Shown here in pieces: positions 11,904 to 25,490 of a stretch of 64,000 bases of DNA. The stretch is from Oculina patagonica (Eukaryota). Within the stretch, counting starts at the first letter, position 1, and the number at the start of each line of letters is the position of its first letter. Both the position numbers and the translations under genes were made by a program. A model generated the notes under the pieces. The model did not search any database and was not told the DNA's origin. It saw only the letters and a list, made by a program, of their open reading frames with translations. The stretch spans positions 20,150,001 to 20,214,000 of the forward strand of contig NC_135769.1 in NCBI RefSeq assembly GCF_052425735.1, written 5' to 3'.

Positions 11904-12677
11904 TATACTTAAAATAAAAGAAAATATGAAGCCAATTGTTGTTCGCCTTTGTGAGTTAAAACCTGTTTTACTTGCAATGTTTTGTTTTAATGATAAGAAA
12001 AATAAACGTTAAGAGCGCGGATCATGCACGGGTTGGATTTGTTGTTCACTTTTTTAGCCATGACAGGTACCTGCGGGTTCGTAATGAATTGATTGCACAG
12101 TTAGTTTTTTTTGCGGATTAAAAACAGAGAAAAAATGAATGCAATAGTTGTGTACTGTCTGTTGTACCTTGTAGTGAAAATAATTACTATGTTCTCTCTA
12201 AGGTACAACAGCTAGCACGCAATTTTCATATGACTGTGATAAATTTTTGGAAAGATATTTATACATGCACCCACTTCACCGATACTCGCTCTTTTCTTGC
12301 GATTTTTTTTTGTGGTGGGGTCCTTAGTCCGTTTCCTTTTCAGTCCATTTTCAATAGGGCCCTTTCTTACGTTTTCTTAGCCTTGTGATTGGTTAATAAA
12401 ACTCGTGCAAGCTGCTCTAGCTAATCGGAGCCAAGGTATTGTCTTCTCAGCCAATCAAGTGCGAAGCGGAACCAGTCGTGAGTTAGCTTACGTGAAACTT
12501 CCCGCACTTCCCATCAGCAGTGTATTCTTACTTCAGTTCTGATTCGTTTATTAGATTTTATCGGACGAAATCTTTTTAATGCTCGAGAATACCCAAGGCC
12601 GTGTAAACAAAATACGTTTAGTTAGGAAAATTATCCTCAGTTGAACGAGATTGATTTTTCTGATGAAATACGTTTGA

Positions 12678-12804
12678 TGTAATGTATATGAAATAATTCA
12701 TATAGTTAGTTCATAATTCATATAGTTATAATGTATATGAAATGATTCATATAGTTTCCAATTGCTTAAATTGGAAATTCACTGCGACGATCATTTACAC
12801 TCTC
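12678..12804. mobile_element. Short retro-type insertion with 14-bp TSD (SINE-like remnant)
   Basis: TGAAATACGTTTGA at 12664-12677 and 12805-12818; empty paralogous site near 19840; internal duplication of AATGTATATGAAATAATTCATATAGTT. Confidence 0.7.
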
Positions 12805-14292
12805 TGAAATACGTTTGAAAATCCTGAACTGAATAGCGTTTCAGAGCTTCTAGATTGCAAAATTTTCTGGGGGATGCCCCAAGAAACATAACAGATGCAA
12901 GTTTCGGAAACAGACAAATCAAGGGATTATATTACTGTAGCAAAAAAATATTACACTTAAGTTTGCCGGTTTACCACCCATTAACATTCAAAACGCTTTT
13001 TAAATACAGGGTTGTCATTATTTAGTTTGCCATGTTTAGAACTTCAATTTTATAAAACGTTTCCTGTGTTTACACAATTTATCTGTAAACGTATGCCAAT
13101 CAGTCACCTCAAGACTAGTAAATGATCTTTTTTCGTTAGTGGGCTTGTAAGGATATTTTTCTAAACAAATATCAAATGTGCAAGTTTAAAGTAATTGTTT
13201 GGATTTTTACAAACGCTTGGCTTGTTTACTAAACGCAAGCAATTTGTTTTGGTTTTGTCCGTTATTAGAGGGGCGGTGGATTAACTCTGAGTTTTATTCT
13301 ATATTCGCTTAATTCCATTCTGCTCCATTCTCCTTATATGGTTTTTGAAAAACCCTGAAAGTGTTCCGTTCTTTTTCAACAATCAACAAGAAGCTTTTTT
13401 TTCACAACAAACACCTGGCGGAGAGAGCGACTTCTTGTTAGATACCAAGTAGGCGGTTTGTGTCTATGCCCTGCCCAGTCCATCAGAGCACTTTAATTTC
13501 TAGCGTTTTCCGAACCTTGTAATTGGTTAGTAAAACTTGGACAACGTGCTTTAACCAATCAGAGCAAAGCGTTATCTACAACGTCAATCAAGTGCAAACC
13601 GGAAGTAGTTATGTTTGGCTTTACGGGAAGTTCGTTTAGTTCTGATTCATTTATTACATTTTGTCTCTAATGCTCGAGAATAGCCGAGGATCAAGGCATT
13701 AATTAGGAACTAAAAAGAAGAAAAGCTGAAGAAACGAAAGAGAAACGCTGTTTGATAGTAGTTTGCTGGTTACCCCATTAGCATATAAAACGATTTTTGG
13801 TCGTTTAATAAACCTGAGAAAGACACGAGCGGTTTTATTAATTATTGTTTTGTCATTAATTGACATACAAATGGTGATGTTGTAAGTTTTTTTCTATTCT
13901 ATTTCAATTTTATTCCATTCTGTTGTGCCTATGAGAAGACCTAAGCAGCTTTGTCTTTTCTTTAACAAGCAGTACAAATTTTTTCTCGGCACTGAAACAC
14001 CCGAAAGCTAAGTAACCTTAACAATGCATTTACTGCTAAAAACAAACAATGGAGCGCTGTCGGTGTTTTGAGTAGCATCACGCAGGTGTATCATTGATTG
14101 GCATACTAAGCGACCTTTAAAGACATTTTTGTTTTGTTTTGTGTCTTTCAAAATATTGCATGAATGACCATGGAACTTTGATTTCCATTTGCTAACTCAG
14201 CTGACTCAGTATATTTTTGATCAAGAATTAAGCTAACGATTTTCATTCAGCGGTATATTGTAACCGCTATCTCTTTTACCACGTCTAAAATG

Positions 14293-14711
14293 CCCGGGGG
14301 GGGCACTCAAAAAAGTTTTATACGGGGAGGCTCCACCCCAAGCTCTTACCCCTTACCCTTTTATATACCATTTTGACAGAAGTTGTACCCCTTTCGTATA
14401 CCTTTTACTGAAAAAAGGTACCCCTTTCATATACCTAAAAGACGTGACATAGCCTTAGAACAGGACGTTTTCTTGTCATTTTTATGAAGTGCTTAATAAA
14501 TTAAAATAATATAGCCATAAAGTGGGTCTGTTCGAAATATTTTAATTACAGGCCTTTTAAAAAACCTAAATGACGGATTTCCATACCCTTTCGTATACCT
14601 AAACTTGTGAAATCGCTACCCTTTTATATACCTGAAGCCTGAAAAAGGTACCCCTTTCGGGCGGAGCCTCCCCGTATAGGCCGTTATATGGAGTACCCCC
14701 CCCCCCCCGGG
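14293..14711. mobile_element. CCCGGG-terminated MITE, 7-8 bp TSD
   Basis: CCCGGGGGG...CCCCCCGGG ends with subterminal TATACGGGGAGGCTCC/GGAGCCTCCCCGTATA IR; TSD CTAAAAT(G/A); empty sites at about 6112, 21369 and 54957. Confidence 0.85.
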
Positions 14712-14969
14712 CTAAAATATCTAATTTCAAAACAGTTTGTTATTGGGGTTTTTTAATACTGGCTTGTTTAATAAACCTGACACTCACGCCAGTGACATTT
14801 ACTTCTCAATATTATTCTAATCAGCCATGTGAATTATTCAAGACCCGCGCTAGCACGTCGAGCAGTTTATAAGTCTTTTTCAGTGACAGTTACTGACACT
14901 CTGATGGACTGTTACAAGTGTTATTTTTTTCTTGTTTAATTTTCTTTTGTCTTTATTTAAATATACAGG

Positions 14970-15143
14970 TGGATTTCAACTGACGCGTAATTTTTTACGT
15001 GCGTTTTCATGCGTGAAAAAATTTAATTAGCGACAATGTATAAACGACTTGCGTAAACGTTTACGCAAGTCGTTCATACACTATCACTAAAATTTTTCAC
15101 GCACGTAAACGCACGTATAAAAAAACGCGTCAGTGGAAATCCA
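14970..15143. repeat. Loopless palindromic MITE upstream of G3
   Basis: TGGATTTCAACTGACGCGT...CGTAAAC|GTTTACG...ACGCGTCAGTGGAAATCCA; self-complementary with few mismatches. Confidence 0.85.
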
Positions 15144-15382
15144 GCATCAGACCTAAGCGCTGTTGTCTTTTTCAACAACAAGCAAAACGTTTTCACAGCA
15201 AACACCCAGTAGAAAGAGTGACTACTGGGATATTGATGCCTTCACCTTGGACCAACACATAGAAGACAGGAAAATTTTTATGCAAGAGGCACCCGTTGTA
15301 GGTAGCCCTAAGAAAGCGGCAAAATTTCTTCGGCAAGACAAACGCTGAGTGCACTAAAGAAGATTGAATCGCTATAACGGAG

Positions 15383-16315
15383 ATGACATCTTGTGAAGTG
15401 TTCGCGCAGCACTTTAACTTTGCATCTTCTGAAGTTGACACTGACTTTTATTCGACTTTCATCGCCAACTGCGTCTTTAACAATTTTCTATCTTATACCG
15501 CCATCACGTTGAACGTTTTAACAATCCACGCGATAAGAAAAACATCTTCGTTACCAATGCCGTTAAGAACATTGCTTCTCAGTCTTGCTGTTTCTGATGT
15601 TGGGGTTGGTTTAGTGGGCCAACCACTATACACCTCACTTCTAGTCGACGGGATTCAACGAAACATTACTGACTGTAACACGTCTAAGGCTTTTGACATC
15701 CTTGTGGTCTTGTTTTCTGTAGCTTCGTTCTTTACTGTTGTGACGCTAAGTGTAGACAGGTTCTTAGCTATTCATCTTCATCTCAGATATCAGGAACTTG
15801 TGACTCACAAGCGTGTTGTTGCTATGGTGATCTCCATATGGGTGATAAGTCCGTTTTTGTCTCTGATGGCGTTGTGGATACCGCCTGATACTCGCACGCT
15901 ATTTGTCTGCATCGGTGATGTTATTGGTCTTGTTGTTACAGCAGTGGCTTACATCAGGATTTATTTAGCCGTGCGACGCCACAAGAATCAGATTCAGGCC
16001 CTGCAAGTACAACAAGTGGCACAGAATGACGAAATGGCAAATTTCGCTAGCCTCGTTAAATCTGCAGTCGGAACATTTTACGTATATCTCGTGTTTTTGA
16101 TTTGTTATTTACCAATCTTTATCTGTTTTGCCGCCCTTGAAATGTACGGCCCGAGTATCGCTTTGCAGAGACTTTTGCTTTTTTCAGTAACTCTCGTTTT
16201 TCTTAATTCATCTTTGAACCCTGTAATTTACTGTTGGAAGATGAGACACATTCGACGCGCTATCATGGACACACTGCGGAACATGTCTTGGTTCAGAAAT
16301 CGCGCATCACACTAA
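15383..16315 (+). CDS. G3: class A orphan GPCR, type A
   Basis: 310 aa intact ORF, very close to G1 and G5. Confidence 0.92.
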   Translation: MTSCEVFAQHFNFASSEVDTDFYSTFIANCVFNNFLSYTAITLNVLTIHAIRKTSSLPMPLRTLLLSLAVSDVGVGLVGQPLYTSLLVDGIQRNITDCNTSKAFDILVVLFSVASFFTVVTLSVDRFLAIHLHLRYQELVTHKRVVAMVISIWVISPFLSLMALWIPPDTRTLFVCIGDVIGLVVTAVAYIRIYLAVRRHKNQIQALQVQQVAQNDEMANFASLVKSAVGTFYVYLVFLICYLPIFICFAALEMYGPSIALQRLLLFSVTLVFLNSSLNPVIYCWKMRHIRRAIMDTLRNMSWFRNRASH

Positions 16316-17854
16316 TCACAGGACTGCCATGCTATGCCAGGATTCTCCACATTCAGTGTTGTCGTTGCTGATTAAAACTTTCTATATACTACACAAGGAC
16401 CGCGAGCAGTCTGAACATGAGCTGCCTGAGGACAAACGAAAGCGTATTAAAACTAAGTAAAATATACTGAAGAAATGTATATATACTAGGAAGGAATTTT
16501 TTTAGCTTAGTGATTTCTTGAACACACTAAATAACAGACATTTAGAATGAATTTATTCCATATGCCAGAGGAACAAGAACATGTACGTTTACCTTTGTTA
16601 AATTAAAAAGGTTTACTTGTAGTGTTATTTATTGTCTTTTCAAATAAAGAATGTGGAAGCTAAAAGTGTGGAGCGCGCACGCGTTGGATTTGTTGTTCAT
16701 TATTTACCCATGACAGGGGAAAAGGGAACTAGAAATCGTATTTGACAAATTTTGCAGGTTCTCATCGATTAGCATGTCGCTATTTTTGGCTACTTTACAA
16801 AATTTCCGATCAGTTTCCAAAAGCCTTATGATATTTGTTCCGAAGTTCTATTATAAAGATATTTTTTCTTAACAAAATATAACAAATTCATCGCCTGTTT
16901 AATAAACAGTTTTCTTTAAGTCTCTATTTTGTCAGTGAGGTGCAAATGGTCCTATTAGAATCTTCTTCAATTCTCATTGTCCTTCAAAAAACCTGAGCAG
17001 TTTTGCATATTTTAACAAAGAGCACAAATCACTTTTAAGCAAATAACGAATTTCCGGCGACAAGAACGAACGAGGGAAAGGACGTGCCTTGAATTTTAAA
17101 TCTATTCCTCGATGTATAATTATCACCTTCATCACGTAATAATTCAACAAACTGCAACGAAGAGCTAAGAATGTTAGTTTTTATTAAACAATTTCAATGA
17201 CAATTCTAAGTGCTTTCCAAAGAAACATGTTGAGTCAATCGATATCATCTGGCTTTACGTGACGTTTCTCGGGCTTAACTCCCCACAGGCTACATTTTAA
17301 CTTATGTTCTTATTCATTTATTACATTTTTCCCTCTCTTAATCCTCGAATAAATGTTAACGTTCGGGAATACCCGGGCAACCTGACAGCAGTAATTTTCT
17401 AAAACAATAATAAAGGAAGAACTAAGGATTAACCTTGTTTGACTGACGTTTCTCAGTTTACCAGCCATTAACATATATATATATATATAAATCTTTTCTG
17501 ATAACTCCCTCCATTGTTTAATAAAACTGAGAATGACGCAAGCAGTCTGGGTTTTGACAGTTTTTGAAGTGCTCCTGGTATTATTTTTTAATTTAATTCA
17601 TTTTTCTGTTCTCTAGTCTCGTTTTTTTCGATTCCCTGACAAAGAGCGTAATTTTTTCCCTTAGCGAACATCCAGAATCATGAAATACTTTACTGATTTC
17701 GTTAATTGAGGATCATCGCTTTAGTAGGTAGAAGAATCATTTTTACCAAGTACTTCCTGGCGCCCTGTAAGGGAACCATCTTAGCTTCAGCTTCCTAAGT
17801 AAATTTGTATGACAAGCACTTGCTGTCTGAAAGAAACCTGAGTAAGTCGATATC

Positions 17855-18783
17855 ATGAATAAGTCATCTTGTAAATTGATGCTGCAGTACTACCCCGAAA
17901 TCTCCGATGCTGAAAACATTCATTCAACTTACATTGCTAATTGTGTCTTTAACAATTTGTTATCCTATCTCGCCATCATGTTGAACATTGTAACAATCCA
18001 TGTTAAAAGAAAAACTTCGTCGTTGACGAAAACTTTAAAAACATTGCTCCTGATTCTTGCTGTTTCTGATGTCGGTGTTGGTTTATTGGTTCAACCATTT
18101 TACACCTCACTTCTGATCACGTGGTTACAACAAAACTTTCCCAGCTGTAGCACCTATAAGGTTTTCTTCGTCATTGGGCTGTTCTTTAGTTTAGCTTCGT
18201 TCTTTGGTGTTGTGGCTGTAAGTGTAGACAGGTTCTTAGCTATTCATCTTCATCTCAGATATCAGGAACTTGTGACTCACAAGCGTGTTGTTGCTGTGGT
18301 GATCTTAATATGGGCGCTAAGTGTGGTATATTCTTCGATGCCGTTGTGGGTACCTTCAAATATTCGCTCGGCATTGCTATCCATTGGTACTGTTATTGGT
18401 CCTCTTCTTACAACTGTGGCTTACATCAAAATTCATTTGGTCGTTAGGCGCCACAAGATTCAGATTCAGGCCCTGCAAGTACAACAAGTAGCACAGACTG
18501 ACGAAATGGCAAATTTTGCTATCATCGTTAAATCTGCGGTCTGTGCGTTTTACGTATATCTCGTGTATTTATTTATTTACCAACCTTTATTTATTGGGCA
18601 ACCGTTGCGAACCACGACCCAAGTATCGCTTTGAAGCGATTTTTGCTTTTCGCGTTGACTCTTGTATATCTTAATTCATCTTTGAACCCTGTAATTTACT
18701 GTTGGAAAATGAGACACATTCGACACGCTATCATGGATATACTGCGGAACATGTCTTGGGTAAGAAATCGTGCATCACATTAA
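17855..18783 (+). pseudogene. G4: type B GPCR, frameshifted in TM6
   Basis: Short deletion near 18570 shifts the frame (stop at 18634); TM7 and NPVIY..RASH* persist out of frame to 18783. Confidence 0.85.
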
Positions 18784-21638
18784 TTGGACCACTTTTGCAC
18801 AATTAAAATTGGAGAGCCGGCCATTCTATGCCAGGATTCTGACCACAATTTCAGTGTTGTCATTGTTGATAAACGCCTTCTTTGTGCAACATGTCAAACG
18901 CAGATCGTGAGCAGTCTGAACTTGGGCAAACGACAGCGTTTTAAAACTGATTGATACGAGAACGCAGACATAAGACTAACATAATAGTCTTGAAAAGAGA
19001 TTTTTATTGCTTAGTAATGTCTGATACATTGAGCTCAGAGTGAAATTTTGTGATTCTGAAAAACATAAATAAAAAACAATGAAATAGGACAAATAGGACA
19101 ATAAAATAAATTTATCACATATACTTAAATGAAAGAGAATATGAAGCCAATTTTTGTTCGCTTTTGTGAGTTTGTTTTAATGACAAGAAAAATTAAAGTT
19201 CAGAGCGCGTATCGTGCACGGGTTGGATTTGTTGTTTACTGTTTTAGCCATGACAGGCGTCTGTGGGTTCGTAATGGAAGAATTGCACAGTTTTTTTTTT
19301 CGGATTAAAAACAGAGAAAAATGAAAATGCAATAGTTGTGTGCTGTCTGTTGTAGCTTGGAGTGAAAATAATTACTATGTTCTCTCCAAGATACAACAGC
19401 TAGCACGCAATTTTCATACTACTGTGATAAATTTTTGGAAAGATATTTATTACATGCACTCGCTTCACCAATACTCGCTCTTTTCTCACGATTCCTTTAT
19501 GTCCCTAGTCCGTGTCATCCCCAGCCCACCTTCGAGCACTTTCCTACGTATGCTAAGCCTTGTGATTGGTTAATAAAACTCGTGCAAGCTGCTCTAGCCA
19601 ATCAGAGCCAAGGTATTGTCTTCTCAGCCAATCAAGTGCGAAGCGAAACCAGTTGTGAGTTAGCTTACGTGAAACTTCCTGCGCTTCCCATCGGCTGTGT
19701 ATTCTTACTTCAGTTCCGATTCGTTTATTAAATTTTACACGACTAAATCTTTAAATGCTTGAGAATACCCAGGCCGTAAAAACAAAGTACGTTTTGTTAG
19801 GAAAATTCTCCCCAGTTGAACGAGATTGATTTTTCTGAGGCAATACGTTTGAAAATCCTGAAAAAACCGTTTTAGAGCTTCTAGATTTCAAAATTTCTGG
19901 GGATGCCCAAAGACGTCCCTAGTGGCTCACACCTTCAGCGATCACAGATCTTGTCTCGTCTATGCCAAAAGTCTGGCTATACGGCCCTGTAATACCCAAA
20001 GAACATAGCAGTTGCAAGTTTCGGAAACAGACAAATCAAGGGACTATATATTTTAGCACAAACTTATTACACGGGAGTTTGCCGGTTTACCACCCATTAA
20101 CATACAAAACGCTTTTTAAATACAGGGCTATCATTATTAAGTTTGCCGTGTTTAGAACTGCAAATTTTATAAAATGCTCCTGTGTCCACACAATTTTATC
20201 TGTAAACATATGCCAGTCAGTCACCTCAAGACTAGTAAATGATCCTTTTTCGTCAGTGGGCTTGTAAGGATATTTTTCTAAACAAATATCAAATGTGCAA
20301 GTTTATAATAATTGTTTGGATTTTTACAAACGCTAGGCTCGTATAATAAACGCGAACAATCTTTTTTCTGGTTATGTCAGCGATTGGTGGGGGTGGATTA
20401 ACTCATAGTTTTAATCTATATTCGCCTAATTTCATTCTGCTACAGTCCTTATATGGTTTTTGAAAAACCCTGAAAGCGTTCCGGTCTTTTTCAACAATCA
20501 ACAGGAAGCTTTTTTCCACAACAAACACCCGGCGGAGAGAGCGACATCTTGTTAGATACAAAGTAGGCGGTCTGTGTCAGAGCACTTTATTAATTTCTAA
20601 CGTTTTCCGAACCTTGTGATTGGTCAGTAAATTTTGGACAACGTGCTTTAACCAATCAGAGCAAAGCGTTATCTACAACGTCAATCAAGTGCAAACCGGA
20701 AGTTGTTATGTTTGGCTTTACGGGAAGTTCGTTTAGTTCTGATTCATTTGTTACATTTTGTCTCTAATGCTCGAGAATAGCCGAGGAACACGGCATTAGG
20801 AACTGAAAAGAAAAAATGAAAGAGAAGCGCTGTTTGATTGCAGTTTGCAGGTTACTCCATTACCATATAAATCGATTTTTGGTTGGTTAATAAACCTGAG
20901 AATGGCACGTGCGGTTTTAATTATCGTTTTGTCATTTTAAAATTGACATACAAATTGTGATGTTGTAAGTTCTTTTCTATTCTATTTCGATTTTATTCCA
21001 TTCTGTTGTGCCTATGAGAAGACCTAATTAGCTTTGTCTTTTCTTTAACAAGCATTGCAAATTTTCTCTCGGCACTGAAACACCCGAAAGCTAAGTAACT
21101 TTAACAATGCATTACTGCTAAAAACAAGCACTCCTAGCCACACTTACCAATAGAGCGCTGTCGGTGTTGTGAGTAACATCATGCAGGTGTATCATTGATT
21201 GGCATACTAAGCGACTTTTAAAGACATTTTTTTTTATTTTTTCAAAATATTGAATGGATGACCATGGAACTTTGATGTTCATTTGCTAACTCAGTATATT
21301 TTTGATCAAGAATTAAGCTAACGATCTTCGTTCAGCGGTATATTTTCACCGATATCTCTTTTACCACGTCTGAAATGTCTAATTTCAAAACAGTTTGTTG
21401 GTGGGTTTTTTAATCTGTTTAATACTGGCTTGTTTAATAACTCTGACACTCACGCCGGTGACATTTACTTCTCAATATTAATCTAATCAGCTATGTGAAT
21501 TATTCAAGACCCACGCTAGCACGACGAGCAGTTTATAAGTCTTTTTCAGTGACAGTTACTGACACTCTGATGGCCTGTTACAAGTCTTATTTTTTTTTTC
21601 TCGTTTAATTTTCTTTTGTCTTTATTTAAATATACAGG

Positions 21639-21812
21639 TGGATTTCAACTGATGCGTAATTTTTTACGTGCGTTTCCATGCGTGAAAAAATTTAATTAGC
21701 GACAATGTATAAACGACTTGCGTAAACGTTTACGCAAGTCGTTCATACACTATCACTAAAATTTTTCACGTACGTCAACGCACGTATAAAAATACGCGTC
21801 AGTGGAAATCCA
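21639..21812. repeat. Loopless palindromic MITE upstream of G5
   Basis: Near-identical to 14970-15143 at the paralogous position. Confidence 0.85.
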
Positions 21813-22050
21813 GCATCAGACCTAAGCGCTGTTGTCTTTTTCAACAACAAGCAAAACGTTTTCACTGCAAACACCCAGTAGAAAGAGTGACTACTGGGAT
21901 GTTGATGCCTTCACCTTGGACCAACACATAGAAGACAGGAAAATTTTATGCAAGAGGTACCTGTTGTAGGTAGCCCTAAGAAAGCGGCAAAATATCTTCG
22001 GCAAGACAAACACTGAGTGCACTAAAGAAGATTGAATCGCTATAACGGAG

Positions 22051-22983
22051 ATGCCATCTTGTGAAGTGTTCGCGCAGCACTTTAACTTTGCATTTTCTGA
22101 AGTTGACACTGACTTCTATTCGACTTTCATCGCCAACTGCGTCTTTAACAATTTTCTATCTTATACCGCCATCACGTTGAACGTTTTAACAATCCACGCG
22201 ATAAGAAAAACATCTTCGTTACCAATGCCGTTAAGAACATTGCTTCTCAGTCTTGCTGTTTCTGATGTTGGGGTTGGTTTAGTGGGCCAACCACTATACA
22301 CCTCACTTCTAGTCGACGGGATACAAGGAAACATTACTAACTGTAACACGTCTAAGGCTTTTGACATACTTGTGGTCTTGTTTTCTGTAGCTTCGTTCTT
22401 TACTGTTGTGACGCTAAGTGTAGACAGGTTCTTAGCTATTCATCTTCATCTCAGATATCAGGAACTTGTGACTCACAAGCGTGTTGTTGCTGTGGTGATC
22501 TCAATATGGGTGATAAGTCCGTTTTTGTCTCTGATGGCGTTGTGGATACCGCCTGATACTCGCACGCTATTTGTCTGCATCGGTGATGTTATTGGTCTTG
22601 TTGTTACAGCAGTGGCTTACATCAGGATTTATTTAGCCGTGCGACGCCACAAGAATCAGATTCAGGCCCTGCAAGTACAACAAGTAGCACAGAATGACGA
22701 AATGGCAAATTTCGCTAGCCTCGTTAAATCTGCAGTCGGAACATTTTACGTATATCTCGTGTTTTTGATTTGTTATTTGCCAATCTTTATCTGTTTTGCC
22801 GCCCTTGAAATGTACGGTCCGAGTATCGCTTTGCAGAGACTTTTGCTTTTTTCAGTAACTCTCGTTTTTCTTAATTCATCCTTGAACCCTGTAATTTACT
22901 GTTGGAAGATGAGACACATTCGACACGCTATCATGGACACACTGCAGAACATGTCTTGGTTCAGAAATCGCGCATCACACTAA
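22051..22983 (+). CDS. G5: class A orphan GPCR, type A
   Basis: 310 aa intact ORF; differs from G3 at only a handful of residues. Confidence 0.92.
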   Translation: MPSCEVFAQHFNFAFSEVDTDFYSTFIANCVFNNFLSYTAITLNVLTIHAIRKTSSLPMPLRTLLLSLAVSDVGVGLVGQPLYTSLLVDGIQGNITNCNTSKAFDILVVLFSVASFFTVVTLSVDRFLAIHLHLRYQELVTHKRVVAVVISIWVISPFLSLMALWIPPDTRTLFVCIGDVIGLVVTAVAYIRIYLAVRRHKNQIQALQVQQVAQNDEMANFASLVKSAVGTFYVYLVFLICYLPIFICFAALEMYGPSIALQRLLLFSVTLVFLNSSLNPVIYCWKMRHIRHAIMDTLQNMSWFRNRASH

Positions 22984-23701
22984 TCACAGGACCGCCATGC
23001 TATGCCAGGATTCTCCACATTCAGTGTTGTCGTTGCTGATTAAAACGTTCTATATACTTCACAAGGACTGCGAGCAGTCTGAACATGAGCTGCCTGAGGA
23101 CAAACGAAAGCGTATTAAAACTAAGTAAAATATACTGAAGAAATATATATAAACTAGGAAGGAATTTTTTTAGCTTAGTGATTTCTTGAACACACTAAAT
23201 AACAGACATTTAGAATGAATTTATTCCATATGCCAGAGGAACAAGAACATGTACGTTTACCTTTTATAAATTGAAAAGTTTTACTCGTAGTGTTATTGAT
23301 TGTCTTTTCAAATAAAGAATGTGGAAGCTAAAAGTGTGGAGCGCGCACGCGTTGGATTTGTTGTTCATTATTTACCCATGACAGGGGAAAGGGGAACTAG
23401 AAACCGTATTTGACAAATTTTGCAGGTTCTCATCGATTAGCATGTCGCTATTTTTGGCTACTTTACAAAATTTCCGATCAGTTTCCAAAAGCCTTATGAT
23501 ATTCGTTCCAAAGTTCTATTATAAAGATATTTTTTCTTATCAAAATATAACAAATTCATCTCCTGTTTAATAAACAGTTTTCTTTAAGTCTCTATTTTGT
23601 CAGTGAGGTGCAAATGGTCTTATTAGAATCTTCTTCAATTCTCTCATAATTTTATTTTACTCCATTCTTATAATAGACAAGTAAAAATAAACGATAATAA
23701 C

Positions 23702-23742
23702 GAACGACGTTTCGGAGTCGTCATGACACCATTTTCAAGTTC
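23702..23742 (-). ncRNA. Minimal type I hammerhead ribozyme motif (U3-A8 variant), left PLE arm
   Basis: Reverse complement of the motif at 25450-25490. Confidence 0.65.
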
Positions 23743-25449
23743 AAAAATGAAAAGAATAAACTGTCAGAAAAAGTTCGCTTAAGATTAACATAATAAAATA
23801 TGCAATGTCACGCAAATAGTTTGGCTCGGATTGAGTCTGATTGGACATTTAGAGATGGTGACAATTCTCTGATTACTAGCATTTCATGCACTAAACAATC
23901 AAACTTATTCTTGCACTTCTTGATGACATGAAACTGTTTGTCAAGGTCTTTTGGGACAATACAGTGTTTGTCTCTATAATGCTTGCCAATAGATGATGTT
24001 TTGTTCTTGTGCTCGTCCACGCGCTGATGTAAATGCCTCAGTGTATATCCTACATAACTTGCATCAAACAAGTCGCATTGAAATCTATATACAACACACT
24101 GCTGGTTTACAATAGGTGGTTTCTTCTCTTGTACTTTAAGCTTTTGTTCGATTTTGTTACTAACAAAAACTGGTTGAATGACTGTGCGCGTTTTGTGGCT
24201 TAGGTCGTTGAGTTGTTTCCGTACAAAATCTGCAGAATCCTGATCTTTGAAGGGTAGTACTATCCGAACTGTTGGACTCTCGCCAGTGGCTGGTATTGGT
24301 TGTCGATCTTCGGTCTTTGAACTAACAAAACAACGGACGGTGGTATTGATGAGCTGTTCCGGATATTTCAGCCGGGAGAACAGTGCTTTCAATCGGTCAC
24401 ATTCTTCGGAAAAATATGTCCAACACGATGATAATTGATATGCACGATCAAGCATGGTTTTCAGGAGCTGATGGATGGCAATTATTGAGAACTTGAAGAA
24501 ATGTAGCCGCTGATGTTAGGTCTGGCATGATGGTTAAAGTGTCGTCGATGTATCTCTTGTAGAATAAAGGCATTTTACCTTCACGCTCAAGAGTTTCTTC
24601 AATGTAACCCATGAAAACGTTGGCCAACAGTGGTCCCAGTGGCGAACCCATGGCGACGCCATCATGCCAGACCTAACATCAGCGGCTACATTTCTTCAAG
24701 TTCTCAATAATTGTCATCCATCAGCTCCTGAAAACCATGCTTGATCGTGCATATCGATTATCATCGTGTTGGACATATTTTTCCGAAGAATGTGACCGAT
24801 TGAAAGCACTGTTCTCCCGGCTGAAATATCCGGAACAGCTCATCAATACCACCGTCCGTTGTTTTGTTAGTTCAAAGACCGAAGATCGACAACCAATACC
24901 AGCCACTGGCGAGAGTCCAACAGTTCGGATAGTACTACCCTTCAAAGATCAGGATTCTGCAGATTTTGTACGGAAACAACTCAACGACCTAAGCCACAAA
25001 ACGCGCACAGTCATTCAACCAGTTTTTGTTAGTAACAAAATCGAACAAAAGCTTAAAGTACAAGAGAAGAAACCACCTATTGTAAACCAGCAGTGTGTTG
25101 TATATAGATTTCAATGCGACTTGTTTGATGCAAGTTATGTAGGATATACACTGAGGCATTTACATCAGCGCGTGGACGAGCACAAGAACAAAACATCATC
25201 TATTGGCAAGCATTATAGAGACAAACACTGTATTGTCCCAAAAGACCTTGACAAACAGTTTCATGTCATCAAGAAGTGCAAGAATAAGTTTGATTGTTTA
25301 GTGCATGAAATGCTAGTAATCAGAGAATTGTCACCATCTCTAAATGTCCAATCAGACTCAATCCGAGCCAAACTATTTGCGTGACATTGCATATTTTATT
25401 ATGTTAATCTTAAGCGAACTTTTTCTGACAGTTTATTCTTTTCATTTTT

Positions 25450-25490
25450 GAACTTGAAAATGGTGTCATGACGACTCCGAAACGTCGTTC
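25450..25490 (+). ncRNA. Minimal type I hammerhead ribozyme motif (U3-A8 variant), right PLE arm
   Basis: gaac-TTGAAAA-t-ggtgtc-atgac-gactcc-GAAA-cg-TC-gttc: stem I gaac/gttc, stem II 5 of 6 bp, palindromic ACGT in place of stem III, GUC cleavage triplet. Confidence 0.65.

Noticed and set aside
12678-12804. tRNA gene
   Set aside because: No cloverleaf or A/B boxes remain; it is only a short TSD-flanked remnant.
23808-25384. Two divergent host nuclease genes, or a pure assembly fold-back artefact
   Set aside because: PLE RT motifs, a 12-bp TSD, an empty paralogous site, arm mismatches and an asymmetric 3' extension indicate one real retroelement insertion. Read-level confirmation is still desirable.
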